DNA of 63,047 nucleotides, filler included, from Olpidium bornovanus S191 (GCA_017911155.1; 31 parts of 31 records of this genome joined end to end with filler, not necessarily neighbours in it), one strand, 5' to 3'; positions 49,253 to 61,838 are shown, counted from the whole stretch's first letter. Notes: generated by a model from the sequence alone, not told the origin. Numbers and translations: made by a program.

Positions 49253-50962
49253 GGCGGCTCGAATACCATTTTTTTTTTTTGCGTCACGCGGCGCCCCCGC
49301 CCGGCGCCACCTCGTCTCTCTCCCTTATCCTCCTTCCTGTTCCCCCCCTCTCTTTCCCCTCCAAACACATCCTGCGTCACGGCCGCCGGCCGCCGTTTTA
49401 CGCACGCATTTGCACGCATTTGGGAGACCCGAAAAACTCCCGGCCGTAACTTTTTTTTTTGTTCGCAGAACGAACTCCGGTACATAATATACGAATCCGC
49501 GTCGTCGTTTTCTTTTAAATAAAAAAGAACTCTACTCCCCCCCCCCCCCCCCCCCCCCCCCCNNNNNNNNNNNNNNNNNNNNNNNNNNNNNNNNNNNNNN
49601 NNNNNNTTAATTAATTAANNNNNNNNNNNNNNNNNNNNNNNNNNNNNNNNNNNNNNNNNNNNCATGGTCGTGTGTGGCGAGTACGGCGGTCTCGTACTTC
49701 CTGTTGCGTTCTCTTCTTTGGCAGGGAGTCTGCGGGTTGTGCTCATAACCTGTTAAAGCCGAGCTGGAGGAGAAGACGAAGATGCGTCGCGCCGCGAGAC
49801 CGCAAGAACGGCGAATAGAGAGGAGAACTTTATTCTGTGTTTGGGGCGTTTGTTTACTAGTTTCCACTGGCCCTTTTCTACATGACGGGAACTAGGAACT
49901 CTACAAAGGGGCAACGGGTGCGCGCAGTGCGTCTCCGCCCCTGGCGCCCCTTTATTTCCAACACTTCCATCCCCGGTCAGCCCGCCGACGCGCTTTTTTA
50001 TTTTTTATTTTTATTCTTTTTTTTTGGAGGGCGGGCGGGGTGCGTGTGCGAGAGCACCGACCGCTCTCGGTTGTCACGTGACCGCAAAGCGGCCTGGGAG
50101 TAAAGATTTCCAGGGCTTACCCCCCCGGACCCAGCTTCTCTTTCTCCCTGGGACTTCGAGGCCGCCCGCCCCCGCAAGGGCCGAGAGGGGTCCGGTTCTT
50201 TCCTGTTCGTCTTGGCGGGGCCGCCGGGCGGCGGGCGCCTTTTGCGGCGTGCTTGCTCCCCAGGCGCGGGGCCAACTCCCATTCTTTTCCGTTTCGCCGC
50301 GTAAGAAAAAAGCTTGTTCCCGTTTTAGCGCGGCGGCGGCGGCGGTGGGGGAGGGGGACGGTGTGGGTTTTTTTGTGTTTCTCCGGGCTCTGTTCCGCAG
50401 CGGCGGCACTCGGGCGCTGCTTTCAGCGGAGAGGAAAGGAGGAGGAGACGAGACGAGACGACACGAGACGAGACGAGACGAGACGAGACGAGAGAAAGAG
50501 AGCGTCCAGGCTGTTTTTGTTCTTCCCCTCCCGCGCGCAGGACGGGGCGCAGCACGCGCCCCAGCCTCCCCACGCTCCGCGTTCCCGCCCGCTTTTCCCC
50601 GCCCTTTCGGGAGACGCGCGGCGCGCGCGCGCGAGATAAGAGGAAGAATAATAAATAATAAAAATAAAAATAAAAATAAAAAACCCCCGCCCCTTTTTTC
50701 CCCCGCACCCCCCCAAGCGCGCGCTTTCTGCCCCTCTTAAAAATAGATGGCCCCGGCGAGGCCGTCGCGGATCACACCCCATCTCCCGGCCTCCGCCCGA
50801 CCCCGGGCCGTTGCGCCCCCCCCCCCACCGTCGCTGCTCCCCGCGAGCGGACCGAAGGCGCCGGGAGACCCCGGTCCGGCGCAGGCGAAAGAGAAAAAAG
50901 AGCTCTTCCAACGGCCCCGGTCGCCTTTTCCTTTTTTACTCTTTCTCCTCTTTTTTGCGAGC

Positions 50963-51036
50963 ATGGGCGCGAACGTCGAGCGCGGCTCCCGGACCGGGCC
51001 GCGGACAGCGTCGAGCCGCGCGCCGGCGCGCCCGTC

Positions 51037-51075
<39 letters not shown>

Positions 51076-52582
51076 CCTGCTGCTTCTGTTTGGCGTCGCC
51101 GCGCGGGCGGGCGGCGCCGCGCGGCTCACGGACGCCAAGGCGTTTTTGTCGAACGGCACGCGGGCCCACCCACCGGCGGCGGCGGCGGCGCGGCCCGACG
51201 AGGCGTGCGCGGTGGCCGTCGTCGGCGCCGCGTACGGCGGGGCGTACTTCGCGCACCGGCTAGTGGAGTCGGGGGTGGCGACGGCGCGCGACATCTGCGT
51301 GTTCGAGGCGAGCGAGCACCGCGTGGGCGGGCGCGTGTACTCCGTGGGCAACCTGCCGTCGCCGCTGAAGCAGGCGGACGGCCTGCTGACCGTGGACGTT
51401 GGCGCGTACCGCTACGTGCCGTCGCAGAAGCTGATCAGCGGCCTGATCGAGAAGTCCCTGGCGCTCAACACCTCGTGCTACTATCCGGTGACGTGCGACG
51501 ACGGCCGGCGCGTCGTCACCGACGCGTCCGGCCTGAACAACGTCGGGTACGCCCGGCCGATCGCCACCGTCCTGGACCGGCTCGCCGCGCGCGGGCCCCG
51601 CGTCTACTACGGCCGCCGCCTGCTGGGCCTCTACGGCGGCGGCGGCCGCGCCCGCTCGCTGCGCTTGTCCTTCTCCGGCGGCGCCCGGGCGACGGCCCGG
51701 ACCGTCCTGCTCAACATCCCGTCGGAGGCGGTCGCGCGGCTGGACCTGCGCGGGTTCCCTGGGGCTCACGTCGGCCCGGAGGGCGGCGCGGCCCTCCAGA
51801 TCCCGCGCACGCCCGTCACCACCAAGGTGTACGCGCAGTACGCCGACGCGTGGTGGATCACCAAGCTCGGGCGCCTGCGCGGCGACTTCGCCGACCGCGC
51901 GCTGCCGGTGCTCGCCGGCCGGTACCACGACGGCGCCGCCGCATGCTTCCGGGGCCGCCGCCAGGTGCCGCTGTCGGAGGCCGCCTCCGCCGACCGGTGC
52001 ACCGGCCTGCTGCTCGTCGCCTACTTCGGCCAGTCCGACCTGGCCGGCTGGCGCCAGTACGCCGCGTACCAGGCCACCGATGACCCGCTCACGATCGTCG
52101 CCGACGGCGCCGGCCAGCCGGGCCAGGCCCTGCTGGACGCCGTGCACGCGCGGCTCGTGGACTTCCACGCCGCCGCCCTGCGCGCCGCCGGCGTCGACCC
52201 GGCCTCCCTCGCCAAGCCCCACCACCTGTACATGGGCACCTGGCGCGCGAACAACACCCTCACGGCGTCGCTCCACGAGTGGCCCTACTTCGTCTCCGGG
52301 ATGACCCTGGCCGCCGCGGCCAAGGCGTCCGTGCGACCCGCGCCGCAGCTGCGCGTCTTCCTCGCCAACGAGGCGTTCGGCCCCTCTCCCGGCTGGGCCG
52401 AGGGCTCGCTCGTCATGGCCGAGCGGGTCCTGGCCAAGCACTTCAACGCGCCCCCGCCCGTCTGGCTCGCGGACCGGGACTACTACCGCCGCGTGGTGCT
52501 CAACTACACGTACTTCGACGAACTCACCGTCCAGCTGTTCGGCCATCCTCTCCCAGTCGGCAGTCCCGACCTGTCTGGCTGA
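50963..52582 (+). CDS. Intronless flavin-dependent amine oxidoreductase (L-amino-acid-oxidase-like), 539 aa, N-terminal signal/anchor
   Basis: AVVGAAYGGAYFAHRL...VFEASEHRVGGRVYSV (dinucleotide fold plus GG motif), DVGAYRY, and C-terminal ANEAFGPSPGWAEGSL. Hydrophobic AAALLLLFGVAA segment near the N-terminus. The ORF opens at 50747, but ATG 50963 is the more plausible start. Confidence 0.85.
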
Positions 52583-53350
52583 AAAAAAGAAGAAAAAGCC
52601 CGGTTTTTGAATCACGCGCCCGAAAATTCGACCGCGCCGCTTCCCCAGAAGCGGCTCCCTCCCCCTCCTCCCTTCCCGCCTGGCGCGGCGCGCAGCAAAA
52701 TTCGCTGGAGGGAATAAATGAGACTCGCTGTCCTCCGCCGCGCGCGAAGTTTACTCTGAGACCGGCGGAAGTTCCGGGGCAAGACGGGTTTTTCATTTTA
52801 GTTTTATTTAGTTTTATTTATTCCGGGGGAAAGATAATTTTAGCTCTATTCCGGAACCGTTAGGTTAGGCTCTTACGTGCAGAAAAGCCCATATTTACGG
52901 CGTCAGCCAAATTCTCAGTAACCCTAACCTCCCCCGAGGGGACCAATGGCCAGTGCTTATTACGCGGAGTAAAAAAACGCCCCTGGACCCGACGAGGGGA
53001 CGGCGTTTGGGTGATATGCTTACGTTGTCTGTGTCAACCAACCTGATCGGGCGGGGAAAAGTGGGGGGGGAAAGGGGGAAGGAACGCGGAGGAGGATGTC
53101 CCAGACCCCAAACCGTGGTGATAACAAATGCCGCCCTCTCCTCAAACCAGGCCGCTTTCGCAAATTCCAAACCCTCCCTCTCATCCGGCCGGGCCGTTTT
53201 GCGCAAATTAGGACTGTTTCCTGTCGTGGGGCGCCGTCCGCTCGGCACCGCCAACAGCGCAGCGCAGCGCAAAAAGGGACTCTCCGCTGGTCGGGTGCAG
53301 AATCTGCCGAGGCCGAAACGCGTTAGCCAAGAGAGGAGAAGGCGGGCGCA

Positions 53351-53382
<32 letters not shown>

Positions 53383-53661
53383 GGGCGGGCTAGGGGGGGG
53401 GGGGGGCCCCCCCCGGGGGGAAAAAANNNNNNNNNNNNNNNNNNNNNNNNNNNNNNNNNNNNNNNNNNNNTTAATTAATTAANNNNNNNNNNNNNNNNNN
53501 NNNNNNNNNNNNNNNNNNNNNNNNNNGGGAGCCGGGAACCAGGGATTTCGAATTTGCCCGTACTGCGGCGCGCCAGATTTCCATTCATTAGACCAACCGA
53601 ATAATCATCAGGGAGAGACGTTTCGGCGTCACACGCCGACAAACATGGTCCGGGCGTCCAG

Positions 53662-54327
53662 AACAAGAAGTGGGACGAGCAAGGTAAGGCGAAATTGCTC
53701 AGCCTTGTCGAGCAGCAAGCCGGTCGCCAGCTCTCGGACGTAGAGAGGCGGCACATTGTCCACGGCGCGGAAGAACACGAGCTTGTATACTCCGGTCTTG
53801 AAGACACGATGGTGATGGCGTGCCAGGAGACTCGCGCAACAGCGGTAAGTGTGCGGGAAATGCGACCGCCGTCGGTACACCTTGCTGATGAGGTCTCTGT
53901 GTTTACTAATAGAAATGTCGCTTTGCGTGCAAACGGCTCTTATTTCTTTTTGTTCCCTTTATTAATTGATAATCTTCCTAACAAACATTCACATACATCT
54001 CACATTGAATTTCTTCTACCTGTTTATTATCAACATGTGGCTTTTTTGATGCTGGCCAGATGGAGAAGAAGACAGATTACCGGACAGCTGCATTTCTGAA
54101 CGCAATCTCTAAGGTACGTTTGAGTGTGCATTAGTCCGAGCCACACGAGGTTCGCTGCTTCTGAGTCTAATCGACGGCGTGGCGTCCGCTTGTAATTCTC
54201 GCAGATTGCCGCCGTCTGTAAGTGTGGACGAGGGCAGCGAGAGCGTGCGTTGCGCGCGCGCCCGGCTGACGCTCATCTTTTGCCTGTTGCTACAGACGAG
54301 GGAAGCGGCATGATCTTCACCAGCTAG
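53662..54327 (+). CDS. Glutamate dehydrogenase, animal/ciliate-type, C-terminal 4 exons
   Basis: NKKWDEQGKAKLLSLVEQQAGRQLSDVERRHIVHGAEEHELVYSGLEDTMVMACQETRATA|MEKKTDYRTAAFLNAISK|IAAV|YEGSGMIFTS* parallels the GLUD1 C-terminus (GASEKDIVHSGL...DLRTAAYVNAIEKV...AGVTF). Confidence 0.85.
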
Positions 54328-55890
54328 AGCGAACGTTTCGCGCGCGCTGCTTTCTATTCCTTTCCTTGCACTCGACAAACGAAAAGGAAGTTGCTTTGCA
54401 GCTTACTCTTTTTTTTTTTTTTTTCCCGCGGCCCGTCGGGCTCTGGGTTCGGCCATGTTTATTATTCCCAGCAGTACGTAGAAGCGAAAATGCTGGCGGA
54501 CGCAAAGGAAAGAGGGCCGTTTCTCAGGGCTCTACGAAGGGGAAGCTTAAGAGTGCGCGCACATACGGTTGGTGCAGCCCCAGAGACGGGTGGATATATA
54601 TATGTGTGTGTGTGTATACATATACAGGGAGAGAGGCACGCGAAGTGGATAACGGGTGGGTGGCAGGGTGGAAGGGACAGACATTTGTTTTTTTTTTCCG
54701 GGGGAACCAAGTCAAATCTCGCGCCTGCCTTATTCCTCGAGAAAATATCGGGGGGGGGGGGGTTCATTTTGCAAATAATGAAAAGCCGGTTGTGCGCTGG
54801 CAGCGACAGGGCTTTCGCTGTCGCAGGAAGCGCACGCCAGGGTGTTGGCGTCCGCGGGCCGCAGGAAGGTGCGCGTCGCAAGTCGGAGACCACGATGTTT
54901 TGCGCAAAGCTCGTCACAAAAAAAATATATCTGAGCGAACAAAAAATAAAAAAATAAAAAGGAAAAATTACATTACTTGAACTGCCTTATGGTGGCGACT
55001 GACGCGAGAGCGTTTGCGCGCCTCTCTCTCTAGAACCCCGTCACCGGGGACTCTCCCGTGCGGCCCCCCAGCTCTCGCAAGCCCGGCGGGGGGGTTTTTT
55101 TTCTTTTTTTTTTTCCACTTGCCGTGTCTTCCCCACTTGCCGTTTCACTCCCCCCAGGCCCGTTCCGCGCCGCGGCTCGGTCATCCGCGCTGACAAAAGC
55201 GCAGCCTCCCCCTTCTCTCCTCCGTCTGTCCCGTGCCCGGATTTTTCCGTGACCTAGAAAAATCAAGGTGGATCATGCCTGTGCAGGGTGTTTTTTTGAG
55301 GGCGGCAGGTGGCTCCCCCCACATAACCTGTACACTATCGCCATGCGAGAGTGATTTTTGCTGAACCTCCTCTTCAACCCTCCCCGTCCCCGCGGAATTC
55401 GGACGAGAGAGGGGAACGGGGAGAGAGGAAATCCGGTAAATTCGTGCTCGGCCGCCGCTTCCCTCGCACGGGCAGCGGTATGCCCGACCGGCGAAACAAC
55501 AAAAAAAAAGCCAGCGCGGTCCTTTCCAGCTCCATCGGAAGGGGAAGGGAAAGCACACAACGCGGAGAGAAACACGATGCCAGGGTTGCTCTCTCGGGGG
55601 GTTGTTACAGGAAAATGCGATTGTTACTTTGTCTCGGCGTGACAGGCCAACATGAGAATGCGTGCGCTGCCGCGGTGCTGGTATCTGCGGGGGAGGGTGG
55701 GGGGGTGGGGGGAGGAAGGGGGGGCGGGGGTGGGAGGGCGAAAATCAATTAATTCGGGGAAGCAGATTTTTTTTTTTCTTTACCTGCAGAACGCAAAGTC
55801 CTCGCCAGGCAGAAAACCCGGCGGGGACGAACCGCCGGCGGAGGGAGGAGCCGCGCGCGCGCGCGACCGAGGAGAAAAAAAACGAAGTCA

Positions 55891-56055
55891 ATGGCGGGCC
55901 CCGCCGCGACCCCGCGGGGCACCGCTGCCGCCGTTGCGCTGACCAACGAGGCCAAGGCGAGGCTGCTGTCCGCGCTGGCGCTGATCTTGGTCGCCGTCGT
56001 GGCCTTCTCGTCGCGGCTGTTCTCGGTGATCAGGTTTGAATCGGTCATACACGAG
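55891..56055 (+). CDS. STT3: Oligosaccharyltransferase catalytic subunit Stt3, first exon
   Basis: LLSALALILVAVVAFSSRLFSVIRFESVIHE is the invariant Stt3 N-terminal motif, followed by a GT donor at 56056. Confidence 0.93.
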
Positions 56056-56064
56056 GTGCGGAGG

Positions 56065-56100
<36 letters not shown>

Positions 56101-56200
56101 NNNNNNNNNNNNNNNNNNNNNNNNNNNNNNNNNNNNNNNNNNNNTTAATTAATTAANNNNNNNNNNNNNNNNNNNNNNNNNNNNNNNNNNNNNNNNNNNN

Positions 56201-56811
56201 CAGCCGATGAGTTGTACTTCCGGGCCTTGAAGCTTCCGCAAAATTTGACAGAAACGAAGCAGTCACAGACCTCGGAGTATGCAGGAACCAGCTCGAAGAG
56301 CGGCACCGGAAAACCGCGGCTCGTGCCCCCGAATCTCCCCTCCTTGCTTTCATCGACGTCGTTCATTAACTCCACTGCGTCGGAAGTTGGGAAATCAAAG
56401 GTCTCGCTTGAACCAGACGCCGAACTCGATTTTTTTGAAGAAAGAATGCCTGAGGCGCTGATTTTGGATGAGGATGACGCTATAAATCTTGAGAAAGGCA
56501 ATTGCAATGACGAGCGCAGACCTAAGCGGGTCCAGGTAACGGAATCGTCATCTTTGGTATCCAAGAGGCGCGACTTGCATTTTCCTGGAGTTGACCGGTC
56601 CCATCCGTTGGCTCAGTCTCCCGGGCCACCGGCGACGCAAGCCCGCCCGGAAACTGCGTCTGCGGTGGCAATTCGCAAACCTGGCGCCGGAACTTCGGCA
56701 TCGGCGCGCTCGACCAGCAAGCGCACCGGCCGCCCCCCGCCGAAGCTGGAAGTCGTACCTCTGCTGGAGGAGAAGTTCAGCCAGGTGCTACTCGGCGGTT
56801 TTCTAACCTGA
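56201..56811 (+). CDS. Hypothetical protein fragment
   Basis: Frame open from the contig start for about 200 codons. Ser/Pro/Lys-rich, no domain recognised. Confidence 0.45.
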
Positions 56812-57143
56812 TATTTTGGTTGATCACGAGTTTCAGGTGCATCCGGCGGCGAGCGTCACACCGCATTGACCATCTTTCCGTTTTCTTTTTCACCCCCGAG
56901 GATTTCACGTTTTCTGTAGGCGTACGAAAACGCAACTGGGCAACAAAAAGCTAAAACCCGACGTTTTGCTCGTGCGCCCGTCACTAAATCCTCTATTTTT
57001 TCGACGCGGTGGAGGAGGCAGGGAAGGGGGGCCGGTGTAGAATACGGGAAGTTTTCGGGGTTGAAAAGAGTTCTCGGGGAGTTGTTTCCCGTCGTTGTTT
57101 ATCTATTGGATGGCAGGGAGGACTTCGGGAGTTCAGGGGTTAA

Positions 57144-57224
57144 GTGTGCGCAGTGCTTCCACTCAGCCTCCCCCCTTACGATCCAACATCCCGCCTCACT
57201 GAGCACACTATCTCCCATGGTCAC
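57144..57224. repeat. Dispersed element copy 2 (inverted-repeat stem plus CCATGGTCAC tail)
   Basis: GTGTGCGCAGTG (57144-57155) pairs with CACTGAGCACAC (57197-57208), followed by TATCTCCCATGGTCACA. Confidence 0.65.
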
Positions 57225-57544
57225 ATAAAAAGCCTATGAAGGGAGAGAAAGTAATTTTGACGCTGTAACTTCCAGGCGGTTTCTCGTTTGCGCGCCCAGC
57301 GGTTTTTCACGCAATTTTGTCCGCATGCCGATCTGATCACTGAATTTCGCGAATTTCAGCCGGTCTAACGGTTTGGTAAAGATATCAGCCGGGTTCTCTG
57401 CCAATGCGACTCTCTTGATTTCGATGGTGCCTTAGGCTGCGCTCNNNNNNNNNNNNNNNNNNNNNNNNNNNNNNNNNNNNNNNNNNNNTTAATTAATTAA
57501 NNNNNNNNNNNNNNNNNNNNNNNNNNNNNNNNNNNNNNNNNNNN

Positions 57545-59826
57545 CAGGGCAACCAACAACAATTTGAGATTGAGGCACTGCGGTCTATCCTCACGCTTCT
57601 CCAGTATTTATTACGCGAGGCAAAACACAGTGGAGCGTACGAGCAGACTGATGCTGCCGACATGCTTCTTTTTGCCTTTATTAATGGAGGCGGCCAGTTC
57701 GTCGACCTGCGACAGCGAAAACCACTTTGTCGCTCGATACTAGAGGAGTTTTCTCGGTGCGACTTATTCCCGACTGTGCCGGCCGACGGCGCTATCGACT
57801 TGTTCGCGCTCAGATACGATGTGCAGGAGAAAAGGTGGTCGGCGTGGGACGCGTCAGACGAGAATCTGACAACGTCCGTTTTTGCAGGCTGTTCGTTGAG
57901 CGTTTGGTACGGGAAGGCGGAGGCGATGCGGATCCTGCGCACCATCATCTCGTTGCTTCGATCTGATGCCAGCGTAATGCTTACTGGGCAAGTTGGGATC
58001 GGAAAGACGGCTCTGACCTCCTGCGTGATTCGCGCTTTGGCCGAAACTCACCTGTGCGCAAAGCTGAGTTGCACGGACGACACGCGGCCGGGCATGCTCT
58101 CCGCGATACTCGATAAAAGCCTGTTGGCAGGGCCCGACGGGTTCGTTCCCCCGAATTCGCGGAGAATGGTGATGCTCATAGACGACCTCGAAACCCCCTC
58201 GCGTTCTGTTCACATCACTGAATGGCTCCGGACGTTCGCGGACCACCACGGGTACTGGGATGAAAGCTGGTGTTACAGGCGCGTGTCGCGGACGTCACTG
58301 CTGTGCGTTTTGAACGACGCGCGCGGCCAAACGCAACATCGCGCCGCCTCGGCGAAAGGCGCGAAACATTTTTACTCGCTTTCGCTACCCCAACTTGACA
58401 GAGGGTACGTCGATTCTGCAGAGTTGCTGAAGTGCTTTGTAGGACGCACGACCGGCTGCGAGCAAGCATTGCTCAGTGTTGTCAACGAAGCAATTCGCGC
58501 CATGTTCTCGTTCACGACGGCTGCAGCAAATGAGAGGGGATCGCCCCACGTATTCTCCTTGGTTCCGGCGGTTCTCAACGTCCTCCATAACCTTCTTAGC
58601 GAAACGAAGCAAGCCGGCGTCTCGCATATGACCAGCGCGCTCATTCATGAGTTTTACCATGAACTGAAAGGCACATTTACGTGCTTGGGGGGATTGCAAG
58701 AGGATGTTGTGCTGAAACTCTTAGGCGACGCATTTCCCGAGAATCAGGGCTGTGTTCAAGACGTTCACACGGGCCAAATTGTCTACACTAATATACCCTC
58801 GTTAAAGGCACTTTTGTCCGACGAAATTCCGCACTTGTCCCGCAGCGATCCGCGAGCGCTCGGGTTTGGACCGTACCGCAGAACCGAAGATCAGGAGAAC
58901 TTGCAACGGCAGCTCAAGGACACCATATTTTCCGCCGCCTCGCCGTTTCAAGTCGGGATGCCAGCTCGAAATATTGCTCACCACCCCGAGAGCTCGAAAC
59001 ACCTCATCTGGCTTTGCAGGGCAATGGAAAGGGACAGTGGCGGCAACGTGTTGCTGTGGAGTAAGGAGGAAGAATTCTCTCTCGCGCTGCTGCAGTTTGC
59101 CGCGGCCCTGGGGGGCTTTGCGTTCTGCGCGTGTCGAGTCCGCTGCGGGTTTACGAAGCAGAAGTGGCGGCACGAATTACGGGATGTCCTGGCGAGATGC
59201 ATATGTGGAGAGCTGGGACAAGTGCACGTCTTGGCCATTGAAGGGATATCGGATTGCGATCCTTCCGACCAGCTTACCGTGTTTTCTGATTTGCAAGGCA
59301 TTTTGGACAACGGGAAAGCTCTCCAGAGCCTGTGGACGGAAGCGGAGTTCGACCAGCTGGCGAAAAAGTACGCGACATCGATCGACAGCTCGCTGAACGA
59401 GCGTCTCACGAAAGTTGACCTTGTGAACATGATGTGCCGCAAAGCCAACAAGAGCTTTCGAGCGACTTTGATTTTTAAGTCGACCAACACTTACTCTTTG
59501 CGCCGGCTATGTAAGCGTAAAGTGTACAGGCGCGCGCTCGCCGTCGTTTTGCAATATACCGCGTCTAGAATTAGACGGCTTACTATGTATGTACGCCAGG
59601 TATGTTTCCGACATTGATCTCCAAATTTGTGGCATACAAGTTGCGCGATCTGGATACAGTTTCCCTGCGAACGTTCGTTGCCTCGATCCTTGAGGAGAGC
59701 CTTCCCGGATTCGAAAGCAACAGCCAAACGGCCAACGTTATGATCCGGATGTACTCGTCGCTCGCATCGTCGGCCGAAAAGAACGGGATGTCCGAGCACG
59801 TCGGCGAAGCTGCCGTTCAGCGCATG
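57545..59826 (+). CDS. Highly divergent dynein heavy chain, AAA3-AAA4 region (intron 59511-59599), truncated at both ends
   Basis: Walker A VMLTGQVGIGKT, Walker B MVMLIDDL, HHGYWD, LIHEFY, GPY...D...L, HLIWLCRAM...GGNVLL, WRHELRDVL, and after splicing LRRLC|MFPTLIS (cf. RLRMFPSLVN). Order and spacing follow dyneins. Confidence 0.82.
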
Positions 59827-59926
59827 NNNNNNNNNNNNNNNNNNNNNNNNNNNNNNNNNNNNNNNNNNNNTTAATTAATTAANNNNNNNNNNNNNNNNNN
59901 NNNNNNNNNNNNNNNNNNNNNNNNNN

Positions 59927-61713
59927 CATGAAATCCTTTTTCAGCAGGAACTCGCGAAATAGCTGGCAGACGCCCGATTGGATCCGGAAAATCGCCTGAT
60001 TTGCCAATGTCTGTCGGAGGAGCGCAGCCCCGCGTGAGCGGATGAAATGCAGGGTAACGCACTTAACACCAGCCGCCAACGTTTGGATTTTCGTACCCGA
60101 AGATCGATTATCCGATTGTCCAGCTTAAGGCTCAGCTTGACAGCGCCGACCTTGCGCTCTTCATCGCATTCGTCATCCTAAGCAAAACGGAGGCTTAGAA
60201 ACAAGGCAAATTCCCGTACAGCACACCAATCAAAATGCGTTAATTGCCTCGTTCGCATCTGGGCCGGGGCGCGAGGCGTCTTCTAGGGTAAACGGCAGTC
60301 CCGTACGCGGCTCTGCCTCGATGAACAGCTAACGTAGAGGACAATTGCTTAGACCAATGCGCAGCAGTCTGCTGCTCACTCGTGAACGTACGCACGATAA
60401 TGAACTCACGTGGGAAACGTGAACCTCAACACTGTGCACAGTGCATCCCGTTATCGGCTCGCTTGGTTTCACAACCGTGCCCTGAACCCATACCAACGTT
60501 TCGACTGGTAGGCTGCACGCAGAAAAGTCGTCAAACCTAATTTAGAAACTCTCCCCCAGCAACCATCGTATCCAAAAGCAGTCAACTGACTTCGCAGCAA
60601 ACTTGGTGAACTGCTTGCTGATGTTGTCCTTGTCAACAACAAGGACACCCTGCACAGTCGAGAAGGACTGCCGTAACACCAGAAACGTCATCTTCGCACC
60701 TTTAATGCAGAATCTTACTTCAGAACCGGGCTAAATTGCGGGTGCACTCGTATACTAGCCCCACAAATCACGTACTTTTCGCTCGAGAGGTGTGCAAACG
60801 GGCGCGAAACAGTACGCTCTGGCCCGCGAGGCCCTCATTGAGGTCCTCAATGGCAGTGGTCGCCCGGCCTGAATGAATTGTTAAATTCAGCATACAACTT
60901 CAAGATGCCACGGTACAAACGCCAAAATTCCTTGAGCAGCTCATTACCTTCGCGCACCTGGGATTGGTTCAACGGCTTGGCCCCATATCTACCCTTTGCG
61001 TAGTCCTTCGCGAAACGGAAATTGGTTTGTGCGTGAGACGATGCAGAGTTCGGCAGAACGCGGGCGTTCTTTGCATTGAATTTGCACGTTTGACTCACTG
61101 GGCTGTTCTCTTCCCGCTTCCTTCTTTCCTCCAGCTACCGCAAAGATGACCCCACGGCAACATTAGCGGCAACGACCCCGCACTAGTTTCGCGGGGCCGA
61201 CCGGGTATTCCTCAAGACTTGAAGGCAAAACCAACCTCGCGAGCTTCGCGCTCAAGCCGCTTCCTTTCCTTCTCCTTCTCCTTTTCAAGCTTCTTTAAGG
61301 CGTTTTTCGAAAGAGGTTTTCCGTCCTCTCTGCCAGCCATAAAGAGTCACCAAGAAACGCAATCAGCAACGCCGCATGAACGTGACACACGCGGCGCCCC
61401 GCGACTGGCGCCAGTTTCTCCGGCCGAGTGACGCGGACGCGAGTTGGACGTCCCGTGCGCCACGTCTGCAGCACGGAGTACTCGCAGGGCTAACGCGTCA
61501 GGCTGCATCGCTTTCCCCACGCAGAGGTCTGCCGTGTCAACTTCAGCTCGCTCACTTGCTCGCTGTTTTCCAGCCTGGGCAGTTCCCGTCCTCCCGTACG
61601 CCTCCGCAGTGTTTCCCCCTTCGCTGCCCCTCTTTCCCCCCTTCTGCGGCCATTCCCTTCCCTCACCCGAGGACGACGTTTTCCATGGTCGCGGTGATGT
61701 CCTCGACTTGCAT
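59927..61713 (-). CDS. DPS1: Cytoplasmic aspartyl-tRNA synthetase, N-terminal half, many introns, 3' truncated
   Basis: [15 protein letters not shown]|[25 protein letters not shown]..., [47 protein letters not shown]|[28 protein letters not shown]. Confidence 0.96.
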
Positions 61714-61746
61714 AGCTAGCTGACTTTCCTTTCGTGCGTGCGTGTC

Positions 61747-61787
<41 letters not shown>

Positions 61788-61794
61788 GGGTTTT

Positions 61795-61838
<44 letters not shown>

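Noticed and set aside
49663-49750. MSTTRRLPAKEENA..., reminiscent of a B-type cyclin N-terminus
   Set aside because: Only 28 codons before the spacer, with no destruction box or cyclin fold visible.
51260-52615. Long antisense and alternative-frame ORFs over GC-rich genes (also 25445-26590, 28810-29817, 18692-19327)
   Set aside because: Typical shadow ORFs of high-GC3 coding sequence, with Arg/Pro/Gly-rich translations and no motifs.
59927-60900. Stop-riddled minus-strand region first suspected to be a decayed LINE reverse transcriptase
   Set aside because: It resolves into short exons of aspartyl-tRNA synthetase separated by GT-AG introns.
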